From Candidatus Micrarchaeota archaeon (lineage in GTDB: Archaea; Micrarchaeota; Micrarchaeia; Anstonellales; Bilamarchaeaceae): 15,898 bases of DNA. A model generated the notes under the pieces. It ran no database searches. It saw nothing but the letters and a program-made list of their open reading frames with translations, and was not told where the DNA came from. Below are positions 15,284 to 15,898 of the stretch, one piece after another. The position numbers were made by a program, and so were the translations under genes. Position 1 is the stretch's first letter. Every line of letters begins with the position of its first letter. The stretch lies in the NCBI GenBank assembly GCA_037440825.1, contig JBBITJ010000011.1, positions 13,520 through 29,417 on the forward strand, read 5' to 3'.

Positions 15284-15721
15284 ATGGGAAAGAGGCAAGA
15301 ACTCATCGCCATGCTGAACAAGGCGCTCGAACTCGAGCATGCGGCGCGCATCCAGTACCTTGCGCACGCGGAGCTCGTGCAGGGGCCCGAGACCGATTCC
15401 ATCGTCGCGAGACTCAAGGAGATCGCCGGGGACGAGGAGAAGCACGAAGGCCTGTTCAGGGAATGCGTTTCCATACTTGACGGCGAGCCTAGCATGGGCA
15501 TCGCGCCCACGCACGCGGCCAAAGGCACGGAAAATATCCTCAAGACGAACCTGAAGGCCGAGCGCGACGCCATAGACTACTACCGTACCATCTACGAGGC
15601 GCTCAAGCAGGCAAAGGACGAGCTCAAATACGAGTACGAATTCATAGAGCACAAAGTAAGGCACGTGATCCAGGACGAGGAGGAGCACGCCTTCGAGCTC
15701 AGGACCATTCTGGGCGAATAG
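15284..15721 (+). CDS. Ferritin-like (bacterioferritin-related) di-iron four-helix protein
   Basis: LNKALELEHAARIQY, DEEKH, AERDAIDYY, DEEEH give the E/ExxH/E/ExxH ligand pattern. GGTGAT RBS. Confidence 0.9.
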   Translation: MGKRQELIAMLNKALELEHAARIQYLAHAELVQGPETDSIVARLKEIAGDEEKHEGLFRECVSILDGEPSMGIAPTHAAKGTENILKTNLKAERDAIDYYRTIYEALKQAKDELKYEYEFIEHKVRHVIQDEEEHAFELRTILGE

Positions 15722-15722
15722 G

Positions 15723-15760
15723 TTCTTTTCCGCTTTTCATTTCTTCTTGCCCTTATCTTT
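15723..15760 (+). terminator. Pyrimidine/T-rich terminator after the ferritin-like gene
   Basis: TTCTTTTCCGCTTTTCATTTCTTCTT immediately after the TAG stop. Confidence 0.55.
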
Positions 15761-15767
15761 CGCCTTC

Positions 15768-15838
15768 GGTTTCACCAGAACGAGATTCAGTTTCACTTTT
15801 TGAAACCACGGTTGCACGAAATATTATATATGGTTTCA
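15768..15838 (+). promoter_or_regulatory. Promoter with TATA (TTATATAT) and four phased GTT(T/G)CA repeats
   Basis: GTTTCA 15769, GTTTCA 15790, GTTGCA 15811, GTTTCA 15833, plus inverted TGAAAC at 15801. Confidence 0.6.
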
Positions 15839-15862
15839 GCAGCTGCTAATGCAGGTGATTTT

Positions 15863-15898
15863 GTGGAAGAAGCGAAAAATGACGCTGATAAGAGGAAG
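15863..15898 (+). CDS. Probable start of a gene running off the window edge
   Basis: TATA box, then AGGTGAT RBS, then GTG GAA GAA GCG AAA open to the end. ATG 15849 in another open frame is an alternative. Confidence 0.45.
   Translation, partial: MEEAKNDADKRK

Noticed and set aside
15768..15838. CRISPR array or mobile-element end
   Set aside because: The repeats are only 6-7 nt with ~15-nt gaps, and no cas, transposase or integrase gene is in the window.

Overview
Archaeal chromosomal window, inferred to be DPANN and plausibly Micrarchaeota-like (TATA boxes, GGTGA ribosome-binding sites, frequent ATA/AGG codons, class III signal peptides). The core (2112-12179) is a type IV/Tad-like pilus locus. 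A probable major pilin is transcribed divergently from a tightly coupled operon encoding a KaiC/RAD55-like ATPase, a 796-aa pilin-anchored adhesin (Ig-like domains, an 8-Cys defensin-like module, a split vWA domain), four minor pilin-like proteins, a CBS-pair/winged-helix protein, a CpaF/VirB11 ATPase and two TadB/C platform proteins. No prepilin peptidase is in the window. The left flank holds two convergent genes cut off at one junction (an ICMT-family remnant and a CPDGS-motif lipoprotein), a tandem LOG protein with a degenerate first domain, and a 49-aa zinc-finger-like gene missing from the ORF track. The right flank holds NreA lacking its Cys-rich N-terminus, a DUF2769-like remnant, a ZIP transporter, MGMT, a membrane-anchored wHTH protein, a ferritin-like protein and a promoter with phased GTTTCA repeats. 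All family calls come from motif recognition by eye; no database search was run.
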